Assembly (NCBI GenBank): GCA_964016885.1
Contig: OZ024745.1
Span: 50,530,001 to 50,594,000 of the forward strand
Length of the DNA stretch: 64,000 nucleotides
From: Eledone cirrhosa
Taxonomy: Eukaryota
Direction of reading: 5' to 3'
Shown here: positions 25,401 to 45,590 of the stretch, in pieces
Layout of the letters: every line of letters starts with the position of its first letter
How positions within the stretch are numbered: the stretch's first letter is position 1
Translations under genes and position numbers: made by a program
Notes under the pieces: model-generated
The model's database searches: none
Told to the model about the DNA's origin: nothing
The model's input: only the letters and a program-made list of their open reading frames with translations

Positions 25401-27238
25401 CTAGAATCCCTGTTATTAATAGACTCAAGAAACCAACTAAACCTGAATCGGTGAAAGCTGTAAATTTCATATTTTCTTTGATTTCATAATATTGACATAT
25501 CCAAAAAGAAGATCTTAACAGTTAAGTTTTTCCTGGATTGTCAATTGTATATATCTATTCGTATTATATGAAAAAATAATCATAAATCTAACTTTTCTTC
25601 CATAAAAAAGGCTTTTACTTATTAGTAAAAACTGAGACTATGTTCTGGGTTTTCCCCCCAAAATCCACATGAAATACTTTCTACAGGTAAATTATTTTCA
25701 GTTTCAGGAAGTTTGTAATTACACCTGAGTGAGCACTCGATGTTTAGGTCCGCTTCTGTGTTGAGGTGTAGAGCTAGGGAAGCGGACCTAATCATCGAGT
25801 GCTCAATGGAGTGTTCCATTTGAACAAGGTACAGCATGGCCAACTGGCCAGGCTTGCCTCAAAACATGGACGACCCATCTAACTCATACAAGCATGGAAA
25901 GTAAAATGTTAAACAGTGATGATGATTATATAGATTGATTAACCAAGTTGTGAGGGTTTACACTAAACTAATTATGCTCTAACATAATGTGCTGAATATC
26001 GTATATATATACATACCATTCATATTTTAACTTATGCATATATGTGTGGATGGGAAGGTGCAAACTGTATTTGTGTATGTGTGTGTGCAGACGTGTATCT
26101 AGAAGCATGTGTGTGAATGTACATGCACTTGTCTGTGTGTGTGTGTAATTTAAAGGTCTTAATTATAGTCTTTTCATGTATTTTAATGCTGCTATACCTG
26201 TAGTCTTTAACCTCTTCTTACCTGTCTAATTACATCACCACATTATGTGTGTGTGAAGTAAGTAATGTTGTTAGTGTGTGTCTGGAGGCTGACAACATAA
26301 GTACCAGTCATATAATGGGGTAAATTTCACCAAATATATTTCTTTTCTCCGGTGCCCTAAGCTATATGGCTATACGGTTGCATATCAAAACATCATGCTG
26401 TACATAAGAAAAAAAAAATTTGGGAATAATGTTAAGAGTACACATGCCTGTGGAATACTCAGCCACTTACGCTATGATACAAGATGAATTCTACATGTAA
26501 TTCAAAGGTCCACCCTGGTCATGTATTGTATCATGCTGATCCAACTTTGGAATTATTTTAAAGATAGACATATCACTGAAAGGCAGACAGATAGGAGATA
26601 CACACATACACATTTCAGGTTCATTATAGAACATGAAACAATGAAATTTACAGCTCCTTCCTATGAAGGTTTAGCTGGCTTCCTACAAGATTGTATCTCA
26701 TAGAAGATTTCTTAGGTGTTTTAATTTTAGGGGCCCAGTTCTATCATGAAAATCAGCATGAAATCAATTGTCTTGTTCAAGAGCCCAATGCATTGTTCAA
26801 TCCAGTAATCAAACCCACAACCTTATGCTTGTGAGTCCATCCCCTTAACCACTAGGCTAAGCTCATGGACCAGGTGGCATGTGTTCTTGAGCAAGATGCT
26901 TCATTTCAGATTGCTTTTCTTGATAACACTAGAATCCCTGTTATTAACCCTTTAGCATTCACATTACTCTATATATACTATTGTATTTTGGTAGTAAACA
27001 CTTTATCTTAGATAATTATCTCGCATAATATCGAATCTATGAGATTTTGATGTTATTTATCTTGAGAATAATACCTTAACATCAGTATGAGTGGCCAGTT
27101 ACAGCTGATTTGAACAGAAAGAGGTGAGACATTTCTGGCTGGATTCGGCTGGTTTGAATGCTAAAGGGTTAATAGACTCAAGAAACCAACTAAACCTGAA
27201 TCAGTGAAAGCTGTAAATTTCATTTTTTCTTTGATTTC
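22431..27238. repeat. Tandem triplication, 1528-bp unit, near-identical copies
   Basis: Matching ORFs recur at 22566/24094/25622 and 23465/24993/26521; units begin AATATTGACATATCCAA. Confidence 0.95.
26948..27168. mobile_element. piggyBac-type MITE present only in the third tandem copy
   Basis: TTAA-CCCTTTAGCATTC...GAATGCTAAAGGG-TTAA; empty TTAA at 23888 and 25416. Confidence 0.9.
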
Positions 27239-27759
27239 TTAATTATGATATATGATCTGTAGTGCTGTTATTGCTTCTCTCTCTCTTTCTCACCACCACC
27301 ATTATCATCATCACCACAAACATCAACATCACTATCATCACCAACACCACTCCCACATCACTACCACCACCAATATCAACACCATCGCCACCAATATCAA
27401 CACCACTACCACCACCATCACCAACACTGCTAACCACAACAGCATGGAATTACCTTATTAGATATGTGGAATGTTAAAAATGGGAACACTAAAATAAATA
27501 CTAAGAATTCTCAAGAATATTGTAACAATACTGCTACTAAATTTCATAATATTGGGGTTGTATTATGGGTTAGTGAGAGAAGTATTATGGGTTAGTGAGA
27601 GAAGCTACTGACTTTTACAGAGACCCTATTACTTGTGATGGTGTTGTTGTTGGTGGTGGTATATGGGAGAGTATGTGGTGCTAGTGGTGATAAGGAGTGA
27701 TATGTTGGTGCTGGTGGTGGTACTAATGTCTTATGTGTAACACCATTGTACATTCAGAT

Positions 27760-28050
27760 TGTAGGGTGTGATTTGAGGGAGATTTGGCTGCTGTTTCTAG
27801 CATGTCAAGGTCAGGTATTTATTTGAAGGAGATTTGGCTGCAATTTTTAGCAGATCAAGGTCGGGTTTTGATTAGAGGGAGATTTGGCCGTTGTTTCTAG
27901 CATGTCTAGGTAGGGTGTAAATTGAGGGAGATTTGGCTGCAATTTCTAACATATCTTGGTAATGTCTGATTTGAGGGAGATTAGGTTGTTGTCTTTAACT
28001 TCTCAAGCTGGGGTGTAATTTGAGGGAGGTTTGGCCTCTATTTCTAGCAA
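27760..28050. repeat. Degenerate ~53-bp minisatellite
   Basis: TTGAGGGAGATTTGGCTGC...TTTCTAG recurs about 6 times. Confidence 0.7.
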
Positions 28051-28300
28051 GTCGGATGGCAGAATGCATGAGTCTCCTTGACTGGCTGCACCCCCACCTC
28101 CTACCCCCCACACACACTTCATTCTATTTTAACATGAAGAGAATTACCTGGAGAAAAATGTGGACCAATTAGAGAGAAAGTGAGGTGGGAGTTAAATAAC
28201 TAGAATGCTAGGACATGAAGGGGAATAGGTGTATGTATGAAACAGTAGATATGTGTGTGTGTGTATATATATATATTCATATATTCACTCCCATGTTCTT

Positions 28301-28303
<3 letters not shown>

Positions 28304-28394
<91 letters not shown>
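28304..28394. repeat. (TC)n(GA)n self-complementary microsatellite
   Basis: A (CT) run joins directly to a (GA) run through TCGA. Confidence 0.9.
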
Positions 28395-28398
<4 letters not shown>

Positions 28399-29956
28399 AT
28401 GGTATAAAATATAAGACTATACAAGATAAAAAATAGAAAACAAACTGAATAACTTGTGATCATACAAGAAGTAAATGAAAATGTACATATAATAAATGTA
28501 ATAAAATACAATAAAATAACCTGAGATTCCACACAAGGGTAACTAAATATAGATACAAATGTGTCTAAATATATATAGAAATAAAGAGAATGAATTGAGA
28601 AATTATACAGATAGTTAGGTAAGGATGGGGATAGGAATAGAGTTCAGAGAGAAACTTCCACTGGTTTGTTAGTTTGTGTAGCAGGGAAGATGGTTTTTTT
28701 TCTCCAAAACTGTTGCCATTCATATGGATAACCACAGGTTAAATTCTGTAAAATGTTGTTCATGGTCAGAGAGATGTTACTTTCTATGTTATGTCAGTCC
28801 AGAAGGATAAGTTCGGTCCTCTGGTAAGCTTTGGTAGTCATATTGAAGTGGATATTTAAGTCCAGGCCGTTGTTTTGTGCCATGTCAGTCGGGTAAAACA
28901 AATTAAGCCATTGTTTGTTTATTGCGTCAACAAAGTGATTATTATAATATGGGACTAACTAACCAGGGATGTGCAATCCACATTCTAGTTGGTCGGCTGT
29001 GGTGCAAATAAAATTAAGCACCTAACGACATTTATAAATGGTACAATCCAGAACATTATAGATTATCAATACATCGAAGGCCATATGTATTCAGGTTTAT
29101 TCTCATCTCCATGATACATATTTCACTGAGATCGACGGCTAAGGTAGTTTTCTCCCTACCCATTCCACAAACCTGAGCTCATCAGATGGTATAAAAATTG
29201 AAAAAAATTTCTCAAAAAGTTTTTATAATACAAGGGACCAGCAGTATGTGTTGATGTTGTTTCTATGTCAGTTGGCCACTGTATGACCTTAAGTCACATA
29301 CATATTACACATATGTACTTTTCTATCCCAAGAAATTCAGAACTTGAAAATTGCCTCCCTTGTTCTCAAAATGGGGCTCACTACTGTATTAAAACTAAAT
29401 GTAGTAGGCTAATGATTTCTTTTCGAAATTTTGTCCTGGTGCCTGATGACTGTCCACTTTTGAAATGGCTCCTCCACTATACAGTGGTAGCTATAACTGG
29501 ACCCCGAAATCTAAGGTTGCACATACATATTAAGTTTATGAAATTTTAATTATGCTTAATAGCTCTCTTAGATAGAGCATTGCTTTCCTTGACCATTTAT
29601 CTACACATATGTGTATAGGATATAAGCAGAGTGAATTTGTTTTCCTTAAAAGTACATATATCCTGTGGTGGTAGTCGTCATAATGGTGGTGGTGATGTTT
29701 ACTGAACATCAAAATGGTCAGCCCCTTCATATATTTAAGTAGTCCTGTATAAACAGTCATTATACAGGCGTAAATATTTTTCTGATGCATGCAAACATAG
29801 GTGGATGTGATGAGTTCCTCATTTTATGTTTATCTATCTATGTATCTTTCTTTCTTTCTGTGTGTGTAGAAAATATCTGTAGGCATGAAAAAGGAAAACA
29901 GTGCTCAATCAGAGATGAGAGCTGATATATTATATTTTTGTTCATACACAAAACAA

Positions 29957-30045
29957 AAGCACTACGTAAGGTTTCAAGGTCCAATATTAGCCATACCTCC
30001 AAATTGTTAGAGGGATCAAAATTGTGACCTAATCTTCAGGCACTT
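29957..30045 (-). ncRNA. Hammerhead ribozyme motif with extended stem II
   Basis: Minus strand: AAGTGC-CTGAAGA-TTAGGTCACAAT...ATTGGACCTT-GAAA-CCTTACG-TA-GTGCTT; stem I needs two G-U wobbles. Confidence 0.5.
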
Positions 30046-30222
30046 AGACAAGTTTGAGGATATTATTAAAAGTATAGCGTGTTAAAACGCTAGTTTACGA
30101 AAACGTATTATAATGAAAAAAAAAAAACTCAAAGATGTAAATTTGAAATAGCAAAGCAGTTGTACACGTGTTAGCATTTGTGCACTATAGTAGATGTATG
30201 GTATTATGTGGTGGCATGTAGT

Positions 30223-31047
30223 ATCATCATCATCATCGTTTAACGTCCATCTTCAATGCTAGCAAGGGTTTGGATGGGAATTGTCCTACTTGAGGCAAGA
30301 TTGGTTGTCTTGCTCGTATAGGACTGTCTGGCGGGTTTTCTACAGCTGGATGCCATTCCTAACACGAACCACATTTACAGTGTGGACTGGGAGGTTTTTA
30401 CCGTGTTACCTACACGGCCACATTACAGTGTGGACTGTGTGTTTTTTTGTCGTGACACCTACACAACCTCATTTATTTAGGACTGGATGTTATGGTACCA
30501 ACATAACTTTACATTGAAAGGGGTGGTGTGGATGGGGGTGGGGGTAGGGGTAGTGGGACGGGGGTGTATTTTGGTTAAGAGGTGCCTACTGACTGTAGGT
30601 TTTGCTTTGTACTTAGGCAAGGCGGGTCTTCTCTATTACTGCGTGGTGCCAAAGATCTCGGTCCAGTGACATTGTCTTGGAGAGGTGTAAGTGTGTGAGG
30701 TCGGAATTTATCAAGTCGTCCCAGGTTTTTCTGGGTCTGCCTACTCCGTAGCTACTGTCTATTTTGATCGCCCTGCACTTTTTTATACAGCTGTCGTCTT
30801 TCATGCGCATCAAGTGACCATACCAACATAGTCTTTTCTCGAGTAAATAGCATCTGATCCCTCTTATTCCTAATTTCTCACTTAGTTAATTTATACTTTG
30901 CCGTTCACGTATATTACTATTACACATCCAACGGAGCATGCAAGCTTCGTTCCTTTCCAGTCTGCGTAGATCCTCCGCACACAATGCCCATGTCTCACTG
31001 CCATGTAACATCGCTGTTTGTATGCAGGCATCATACAGCCTGCCTTT
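30223..31047 (-). mobile_element. 5'-truncated RTE LINE 3' portion
   Basis: MRMKDDSCIKKCRAIKID...GRPRKTWDDLINSD, 3'UTR and (CAT)n. Confidence 0.92.
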
Positions 31048-31494
31048 AGAGATAGTAATATTTATTAAGGTATGAAGTAGAGTTGTATAGAAGGTGTACT
31101 GTATTATGTAAGGTTGGCAAAAGAAAAGATATTAAAAAAATATATAAATCAAATTAAGATGATGAAAATCAGGTGAATTTATAGAGTATTTCCACACAGT
31201 AAAGAGTTGGCTTTTTAAATGGAGGCATCCTCTAAAAATGTTGTTGTTAGGTAGCATTTTTGTTCCGTGTATGAAGATAAATACATAATGTATCTAACGA
31301 TGTTGCAGATATGCAACGAAAGAACTTTGTTAGACTATATATATGTGTTTGTGTCTATATCATATCTGTATTTTTGGTAAACATTGAGGACCGAATAAAT
31401 TAACTGATATAAAAGATACAGAAGCGAGAACCAACCAAACAGTCAGTGTGTTCTGTTATTAATTCTGGCAATATTATTACAACAATATGGCCCT

Positions 31495-35029
<3,535 letters not shown>

Positions 35030-35030
<1 letters not shown>

Positions 35031-36210
35031 AGCGGCGATGAATTAGTTTTGCGAGGTTTTTTATATGAAATCGTGTGTCGAAACAGATATTGTTATATTT
35101 GGGGAGGGTCATATTTGCGTAATATTGCCAGAATTAATAACAGAACACACTCACTGTTTGGTTGGTTTTCGCTTCTCGCTGTCTTTTATATATATATATC
35201 TGCGATCTAACTTACTCGGTCCTCAATGTTGCCATTGACTGACCGGCGGTCAAAAATAATACAGATACAATATAGACAAACACATATATATATAGTTTAC
35301 ATAATTTACATAAATCTTTCGTTGCACATCTGCAACATCGTCAGTGGTGTTATATTCATTGTTCCTCCTGTTGTGTTGTATGTCTACGCCATTTTTTTTG
35401 TTCAGTCTGTCTATATATTTATTTATTTATTTGCTTGTTTGTTTATCTTATTTTATTTTGTCTTCTTTGCGCATGCGTTTGCGTGTGTGTATAGTGTGAT
35501 GTGTGACTAGTGTGTATAGTGTTGTGTCTGCTGGGTGACTAGTGTGTGTTTATGTGCTTGTGTATGTATTTATTTATCTTATTTTATTTTATTTAATTTA
35601 CTTATTTATTTATACTTCTCTTAGGTCAGTGTTGTTTGTTTGGGTGTTGTTGTTGTTCCACTCATTCTTTCTGTTTAGCTTTGGTCTTCTAATTTCTATT
35701 TCACTGGCCTCTCTGATTTGCCTATCTGCTGGGTCATTCCTATGTTTAGATATTATTCTAATTTCTATGTTGTCTATGTTACCGTCGTGTTGTTGTCTAG
35801 CATGTTCGTATAGTACTGACCCGTTTTTTCGTCCTTTTAGTTCCCCCCAGTGTTGGTCTATCCTTTCACCTATGCTACGAGCTGTCTCACCTATGTATGT
35901 TGTTGTCGTGTTTCTGCAAGTACCCTCTGTACATCTTATGCTACATCTTATGCTACGATGTTGCAGATGTGCAACGAAAGATTTATGTAAATTATGTAAA
36001 CTATATATATATGTGTTTGTCTATATTGTATCTGTATTATTTTTGACCGCCGGTCAGTCAATGGCAACATTGAGGACCGAGTAAGTTAGATCGCAGATAT
36101 ATATATATAAAAGACAGCGAGAAGCGAAAACGAACCAAACAGTGAGTGTGTTCTGTTATTAATTCTGGCAATATTACGCAAATATGACCCTCCCCAAATA
36201 TAACAATATA
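35030..36210 (-). mobile_element. 5'-truncated Penelope-like element: GIY-YIG end, 3' region with hammerhead, inverted terminal copy
   Basis: Minus strand ~35650-35930 encodes TYIGETARSIGERIDQH...SVLYEH...DRQIREASEI...PKLNRKNEW; 35955-36205 is the reverse complement of ~35088-35340. Confidence 0.85.
35308..35349 (-). ncRNA. Minimal hammerhead ribozyme motif
   Basis: Minus strand: CTGACGA-T-GTTGCA(gatg)TGCAAC-GAAA-GATT-TA; stem I is weak. Decayed or truncated relatives at ~31294-31330 and ~35955-35985. Confidence 0.5.
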
Positions 36211-36289
36211 TATATGTATATATATGTATATATATATGTATATATATATATATGTTCGTATAGTTCGTATGTTCGTATATATATGTTCG

Positions 36290-38994
36290 TATAGACTGAT
36301 AATTAGCGACCTCATAGTCAGGTCGAGACGTACTCGACAGCAGAAGAGGACTATCCTCAGGAGAAAAATATGGAAGCTAAAGGACCCCACAGCCAAAAAT
36401 AAATTTCAAAACATATTACTTGATGCTTTCGACAGTAAGGAAGAACACTTAGAGTCGGACAATATAGAGGGACAGTGGGAATTTCTGAAAGCAAACCTGC
36501 TGTTGGCCACAGACGAAGTCTGTGGCTGGAGCAGGCCTGTAGGCAGGAGGAGAGTAACATGGTGGTGGAACAGTAAGGTGGAGGAGTCAATTAAGGCCAA
36601 AAAGCAGGCTTGGAAAGTATGGCGGGATGGGGGAAGTAGAGTAGACTATCAAGTGGCCAGGAGGGAAGCTAGGAGAGAAGTGTACTTAGCAAGAAGGGAA
36701 GCTGAGGAAAGAAAGTTCAAGCATGTCCTACAACGCGATGACCAAAAACGTGAGGTGTTCAGGATTGCTAGGCAATGCGTCAAGGAAAACCGTGATATTG
36801 TCGGGGAGAAGTGTGTACTTAACGATGATGGCATACTTGCCATCACCGACACTGATAAGAAGGCAGCTTGGAAGTGTCACTATGAAAGGCTACTAAATGA
36901 GGAGAATAAATGGGAGAAAGACAGTCTCCCCCATGTCGACCCAATAGAGGGACCAGCAGTGTTAGTCGAGGGGAGTATAATAAGTAAGGCAATCAAGGAT
37001 ATGAAGACAGGTAAGGCGGCTGGGCCTTCGGAAATAGTTGCTGAGATGCTGAAGGCATCTGGCACGGTGGGACACACCATGGTCACCCGCATAGTTAACC
37101 AAGTCGTACAGAATGGGGCTGTTCCGAAGGACTGGCATAGCAGCATCATCGTTAACTGTTATAAGGGTAAAGGAGACGCCCTAGATAGGAGTAACTATAG
37201 AGGCATTAAATTAATCGACCAGGTCATGAAGGTCACAGAAAAAGTAATAGCGCAACTAATCAGAGAGAGAATTGACCTAGATGAAATGCAGTTCGGGTTT
37301 GTGTCAGGCAAAAGTACCACAGACGCTCTTTTCATAGTACGACAACTACAGGAGAAGTACCTAGCTAAAGGTAAACCCCTCTACTTAGCTTTTGTCGACT
37401 TGGAGAAAGCCTTCGACAGAGTCCCCCGCTCCATTATCTGGTGGGCTCTTAGAAAACTAGGCGTTGACGAATGGCTTGTGAGGGCTATACAAGCCATGTA
37501 TAAAGAAACAGTCAGCAAGGTTAGAATTAACAACGAATATAGTGAAGAGTTTAGCGTAAAAGTTGGCGTCCATCAGGGCTCTGTTCTCAGCCCCCTACTA
37601 TTTATTATTGCCCTTCAGGCTATAACAGAGGAGTTCAAGACAGGCTGCCCATGGGAACTCCTATACGCAGACGACCTGACACTCATAGCGGAATCAATGG
37701 CCGAGCTAGAGAAGAAATTCCAAACATGGAAGCACGGCCTAGAGTCAAAAGGACTTAAAATTAACCTGGCTAAGACCAAAGTTCTAGTTTGTAGGAAAGA
37801 AAACAAGGCGGCGGTCCCTTCTGGGAAATGGTCGTGCTCGGTGTGTAGGAAAGGCGTAGGTAGAAACTCCATTTTGTGTCCTAAATGCAAAGTATGGGTG
37901 CATAAAAGATGTAGTGGGATCACAGGTAAGCTAACTAAGAACATAGATTTTACATGTGGCCGGTGTTCTGGTGCAATAAGTAGCAGCAAGTGCTCACACA
38001 ATACTAGCTCTTTCAATTGCGCAGAGGGTTCTATAGAAATAGTGGACAGCTTCCGTTACCTGGGCGATAAAATCAGCAGTGGGGGAGGGTGCTCTGAAAG
38101 TACTGTAGCTAGAGTCAGAACTGGTTGGAAAAAGTTCAGAGAGCTTATACCACTATTAGCTGCTAAAGGGTTCTCCCTAAAAATGAAAGGCAGGTTGTAC
38201 GATGCCTGCATACGAACAGCAATGTTGCATGGCAGTGAGACCTGGGCATTGTGTGCAGAGGATATACGCAGACTAGAGAGGAACGAAGCTTGCATGCTCC
38301 GCTGGATGTGTAACAGTAATATACGTGAACGGCAAAGCATAAACGAACTAAGGAAAAAATTAGAGATAAGAGGGATCAGATGTTGTTTACTCGAGAGAAG
38401 GCTACGTTGGTATGGACACGTGATGCGCATGAAAGTCGATAGCTGTATAACAAAGTGCAGGGCAATAAAGATAGACGGTAGCCACGGAATAGGCAGACCT
38501 AGAAAAACCTGGGACGAGCTGATAAACTCCGACCTCACACACTTACACCTCTCCAAGACAATGTCACTGGACCGAGACCTTTGGCGGTACTCAGTAACAG
38601 AGAAGACCCGCCTTGCCAGTAGGCATCTCTAACAAAATACACCCCGTCCCACCACCACCACCCCCACCCCATCCACACCACCCCGTCCTATGTAAAGTTA
38701 TGTTGGTGCCGCGCCATCCGGGCCGAAACAAATGAGATCGTGTAGGTGTCACGACAAAAAAACACACAGTCCACGCTGTAATGTGGCCGTGTAGGCAACA
38801 CGGTAAAAACCTCCCAGACCCACACTGTAAATGTGGTTGGTGTTAGGAAGGGCATCCAACTGTAGAAAACCTGCCAGACAGTCCTATGCGAGCAAGACAA
38901 TCACTCTTGCCTCAAGTGGGACTACCCCCGTCCAAACCCATGCAAGCGTGGAACACGGACGTTAAACGTTGATGATGATGATGATGATGATGAT
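36290..38994 (+). mobile_element. RTE LINE, 5'-truncated, open reading frame to 38632
   Basis: About 780 uninterrupted codons from RLIISDL through RT (LLYADD) and the PHD-like finger; 3'UTR and (GAT)n tail. The ORF track's N-terminus is microsatellite. Confidence 0.96.
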
Positions 38995-38999
38995 GTATA

Positions 39000-39080
<81 letters not shown>

Positions 39081-39149
39081 GTATATATATATGTATATAT
39101 ATATATATATGTATATATATATGTATATATATATATATGTATATATATG

Positions 39150-39904
39150 TATCGTTTCTGAATTTGTTTAGCAAGATTCTTTATCTGAAATCGTGTGTTG
39201 AAACCGATATTGTTATACTTTGGGAGCATGCTAAGATAGAACACAGGGGTAAATTAGAGAGCATAGAAATAAAAATAGAATCCACACACAAGAAAGACGC
39301 AATGTTTAGGCAAATTACAGAGGCAGTAAGCATAAAAGAATTAAAACCAAAATTAAATAGAAAATATGAGTGGAACAGCAACATCACAACTTACAATTAA
39401 GGACAAAATGAAAACACACACACACATAGAACAAACAACTTACAATTGAAAACACACACAAAATGAAAATGAAAACACACACAACACAAAATGAAAACAC
39501 ACACACACATAGAACAAACAACCAACCAACAATAAATAAATAAATAAACAAACAAATATAAATAGAAAAATAGAAAAATGAACACAAACACACACAGACA
39601 CCCGGATGTGGCGCATGCGCAAACTGAGCACGCAACCCACACACAAACAAAATGGCGTAGGATAGAAGAAAGGAAAGGCACAGAAACGAAGAAAGAAATC
39701 CCCAGTCACTGAAGAGGTCACAGAGTGTGTGACGAAAGAACTATGACTATATATATATAAACAACTATCTGGTTGTGGAACCAACCAACCAACCAGAAAT
39801 TTATAAATTTGTAAATTTATAAATATATATTAAATTAAATTGAAGTGAAAGCAACTGGTGCGTGTGTTTCTTATTGGCAACATGACCCTCCCAAAGTATA
39901 ACAA

Positions 39905-39905
<1 letters not shown>
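39150..39905 (+). mobile_element. Truncated Penelope-like element: GIY-YIG C-terminus plus 3' region with hammerhead
   Basis: WEHAKIEH...FRQITEAVSIKELKPKLNRKYEW at ~39220-39400; terminal CTCCCAAAGTATAACAATA is inverted at 39208-39226; (TA)n on both sides. Confidence 0.8.
39704..39748 (+). ncRNA. Minimal type I hammerhead ribozyme motif
   Basis: AGTCA-CTGAAGA-G-GTCACA(gagtg)TGTGAC-GAAA-GAAC-TA-TGACT; perfect stems I and II, located 3' of a GIY-YIG ORF end. Confidence 0.78.
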
Positions 39906-41731
<1,826 letters not shown>

Positions 41732-41732
41732 T

Positions 41733-43310
41733 CATCAACATCATCATCATCATCAGGTTTAGCGTCCGTGTTCCACGCTTGCATGGGTTTGGACGGGGGT
41801 TTTCCCACTTGAGGCAAGAGTGGTTGTCTTGCTCGCATAGGACTGTCTGGCGGGTTTTCTACAGTTGGATGCCCTTCCTAACGCCAACCACATTTACAGT
41901 GTGGGGCTGGGAGGTTTTTTACCGTGTTGCCTACACGGCCACATTACAGCGTGGACTGTCTGGCGGGTTTTCTACAGCTGGATGCTCTTCCTAACACCAA
42001 CCACATTTACAGTGTGGGGCTGGGAGGTTTTTACCGTGTTGCCTACACGGCCACATTTACAGCGTGGACTGTGTGTTTTTTGTCGTGACACCTACACGAT
42101 CTCATTTGTTTCGGCCTGGATGTTGTGGGACCAACATAACTTTACATTGAAAGGGGCGGTGTGGGTGGGGTGGAGGTGGTGGGACGGGGGTGTGTTTTGA
42201 TAGAGATGCCTACTGACTGTAGTAGGTTTTTACTTTGTATTTAGGTAAGGCGGGTCTTCTCTATTACTGAGTACCGCCAAAGGTCTCGGTCCAGTGACAT
42301 TGTCTTGGAGAGGTGTAAGCGTGTGAGGTCGGAATTTATCAGCTCGTCCCATGTTTTTCTGGGTCTGCCTACTCCGTGGCTACCGTCTATCTTTATTGCC
42401 CTGCACTTTGTTATACAGCTGTCGTCTTTCATGCGCATCACGTGACCGTACCAACGTAGCCTTCTCTCGAGTAAACAACATCTGATCCCTCTTATTTCTA
42501 ATTTTTTCCTTAGTTCGTTTATGCTTTGCCGTTCACGTATATTACTATTGCACATCCAGCGGAGCATGCAAGCTTCGTTCCTCTCTAGTCTGCGTATATC
42601 CTCTGCACACAATGCCCAGGTCTCACTGCCATGCAGCATTGCTGTTCGTATGCAGGCATCGTATAACCTGCCTTTCATTTTTAGGGAGAACCCTCTAGCG
42701 GCTAATAGTGGTATAAGCTCTCTGAACTTTTTCCATCCAGTTCTGACTCTAGCTACTGTACTTTCAGAGCACCCTCCCCCACTGCTGATTTTGTCACCCA
42801 GATAACGGAAGCTGTCCACTATTTCTATAGAACCCTCTGCGCAATTGAAAGAGCTAGTATTTTGTGGGCACTTGCTGCTACTTATTGCACCAGAACACCG
42901 GCCACATGTAAAATCTATGTTCTTAGTTAGCTTACCTGTGATCCCACTACATCTTTTATGCACCCATACTTTGCATTTGGGACATAAAATGGAGTTTCTA
43001 CCTACGCCTTTCCTACACACTGAGCATAGCCATATCCCAGATGGGACCGCCGCCTTATTTTCTTTCCTACAAACTAGAACTTTAGTCTTAGCCAGGTTAA
43101 TTTTAAGGCATTTTGATTATAGGCCGTGCTTCCATGTTTGGAATTTCTTCTCTAGTTCGGTCATTGATTCAGCTATGAGCGTTAGATCATCTGCGTATAG
43201 GAGTTCCCATGGGCAGCCGGTCTTGAACTCCTCTGTTATAGCCTGAAGGGCAATAATAAATAGTAGGGGGGCTAAGAACAGAGCCCTGATGGACACCAAC
43301 TTTTACGCTA
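41733..43310 (-). mobile_element. 5'-truncated RTE LINE, nearly identical to 12903-14485
   Basis: Same C-terminal peptide and same duplicated 3'UTR block; premature stop at ~43117 and frameshift at ~43265. Confidence 0.95.

Positions 43311-45589
<2,279 letters not shown>

Positions 45590-45590
<1 letters not shown>

Noticed and set aside
22566-26703. Repeated 73-aa and 60-aa ORFs as a tandem gene cluster
   Set aside because: No recognisable domains; they recur only because the 1528-bp unit is triplicated.
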